Below are positions 61,541 through 64,000 of a stretch of DNA of 64,000 nucleotides, piece after piece; position 1 is the first letter of the stretch; every line of letters starts with the position of its first letter. The position numbers and the translations under genes were made by a program. Source of the stretch: Lingula anatina (Eukaryota > Animalia > Brachiopoda); NCBI GenBank assembly GCA_051362555.1, contig CM120640.1:59622788-59686787 (forward strand), written 5' to 3'. The notes under the pieces are model-generated. The model had not been told where the DNA came from and searched no databases. It saw only the letters and a program-made list of their open reading frames with translations.

Positions 61541-64000
61541 TAAGTAATAATGTGAATGGGATATGCCTGTGCACTAAATGGAAAACTTTTAGATGTGATC
61601 ACAATTATCCAACCTACAAGTTGTCAGAAATCAAACATGCGAGTTGTTGTGAAACAGGTAGATCTTCAATCTGCTATATGTGCAAACCTCTAAAACATCA
61701 AAACAACTGCACACCATAAATTCTGCCTTGTACAGACCAATCTCAGATTGTGCTAGAGAAGCTTGTGTGACAAATACCCATTTCCAAATACATACCACAG
61801 GGCTGATATCTAAACAAAAGGATTGCAGGGACTGATACAATGAATGAGAGAGTGTGACTGCCACGTGCGAAGGATGGGCAGGAAATCAGCCAACTACTCG
61901 CAGAAAACCACTGACCTATGTCTCTGTCAATACACATGCAACCACAAACCATTCACGCAAATGAAAATGATTGGACGGTGACCGCAATTAGGCAGTAAAC
62001 GCGGGGAAAGTCCATTCTTTGATATCACCCCATGCGCGGTGATATCAGCGTGTTCTATTCAAAGTTAGGGGGTTTGGCTGGCGCTCGGCATGCTATCATG
62101 ATATCGGGCGAGGGGGTAACAGTGCATTATTTACTACATAAATGCAAATTCCAGCTGACCAACCAAGCTCAACCCAAGCATCCATGTACAAATACACAAT
62201 TAAACACATGTTCCACTTAAAATATCATAAATGCATGTGTAGAATTAAAAAGGATAGATTTTATTTGGAATCTCCCATGACTGCTGCCTGTCCAAAGTAC
62301 TTTCCATATGGATTTTTGTCATGTTTTAAGAATTAAAACTTGTAGATTTTAATTCCAATTTTCAGCACTTGGGAGAGGATCAAATTTATTAATAAAGAAT
62401 TTATCATCCATTCCAGATAATGCTATATCATGTATATAATTTGATGTATAATTATTATAGTTTTTCATCAAATCAAATTTCTACTCCACCACATTATCAA
62501 TCCTTATTTCATATTTTCACAATTTCAGAAGTAATATACCACAAGGACAATCAAACAAGAGTGTACAAAATGATAAGCTCTTCTGTCCTTCATTCTATTA
62601 TTAGTTAATATTTACCTACATTGACTAAAACAATTTAGTATTACAGGAAATGTTGTTAAAAAGGCAAACATGAATGAGGTTTTTTGGCTTCATGTGTATG
62701 TACTTCATGTTGTAATAACCTATGAAAATCCAAAGTGGTGCAATTTGTCTTTTCAAGGGGCAATCTGACTACGAGTGGTTATCTAAAAAGAAAATTATTT
62801 TAATATAAAGGTTGTCCCAATTTCATCTGGGTTTTCAAAAGAACTTCAATAGATAACTTCATTTTCAGCTTCTTTCCTCTTCAACCTGGATTAGATACAT
62901 GACTGCAATTACATTCTACTAAACCATGTTTTGTGCTTTGGCCTGTGCTTTGCCAAACGAGTGACCTATCTCTCCTACAATATTTTTGTCATCATCACAA
63001 TGACAGGTGGTTGTTGAACTGACTCTTTCTCTTGCTACACAAATTCATCATAAATTCACAATTCAATCAAATATTCTATGTGGTATATAACCAGGATGGG
63101 ACTCGGCCATCAGAATCTGCATTTCTGAATCCCCAAGACCTCAATCCACTTTTGTCCATCTTCCTCTGATCCTCATTACATGCTATTCTTGCAAATATTA
63201 TAACATTTACTCTAACCTTTATGTCATCTCAGATATGTACCACTTGACTGCAACCATACCCTTGAGAAATATTTTAGAACTCATGTTTTATACCAGGTTA
63301 TTAAATGAAGATATGGAACATAATACTTTACTTATAAAGCCAATTGCATGTCAAAATACTTCAGTCATTTATACCCTTTGCTTCATGAACAGAAGACAAT
63401 AGTCACACCTGCACATATTTTTTTGTTATGAGACATTTTGACAAATGCTAAAAAAAAGCCCATAATTTTTCTTACAATGTTTTTTACTTTTTTTCTTTGA
63501 AGGTCAAACATTTTTTTTTTCGTTTTGGTTTCTTTACATGTAAGCCAACATATTTAAAAATGCATAAATCCCACAACTTTATTCTATAACTGGTTAAACT
63601 ATGTAAGCCATTATTAAGTATAGGGATAATGAACATGATAATTATTTAGTTTTTCATATATATTTTTATATTCATATCAAGATGTTGGTGACGATCTTTT
63701 TTATTTCATTGATCAATAATATCTAAACTGATGGCAATTTTCAAACTTGCTTCCAGCTTTTTTTTTTCCAAATGAGCATACTACGTAAATGACACTGAAA
63801 GTTTTGCTGAAACAATAAAAAACAGAACAAGTTTCATAATATTAAACTTGGTAGATCTCAACAATACTGCTCTGCTCATGTTCTGCTGGTATTCAAAAAT
63901 AGAAGACAAAAGCAACAAGTTGCTAATAAATTTTTCTTTGAAAAATATACACCAAGCAGGCTTTGGGGAAATATGATAAAAACATGTTGTAAATTATGTA

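Overview
AT-rich eukaryotic genomic DNA with GT-AG introns, probably from a marine invertebrate; a lophotrochozoan or mollusc is an inference from the repeat types. Four protein-coding genes were reconstructed by hand from splice sites and reading-frame continuity. (1) RPA1 on +, 15 coding exons at 862-27404, 5' end upstream of the window, with one 14.2-kb intron. (2) A single-coding-exon SLC46/PCFT-family MFS transporter on + (30690-32201). (3) A 4-exon single-domain rhodanese on + (36804-39987) resembling a bacterial rhodanese subfamily. (4) A 12-exon TLDc-domain protein on - (60561-47625). The introns hold many non-autonomous DNA transposons: Helentron-like HINEs carrying 146-, 161- and 337-bp tandem arrays, and PIF/Harbinger-, Kolobok- and Tc1/mariner-type MITEs. 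There is also a 25-bp micro-element with a 7-bp TSD and an inverted pair of degenerate hammerhead-like motifs. CpG density switches sharply at gene boundaries. No CRISPR, rRNA, tRNA or autonomous transposase was seen.
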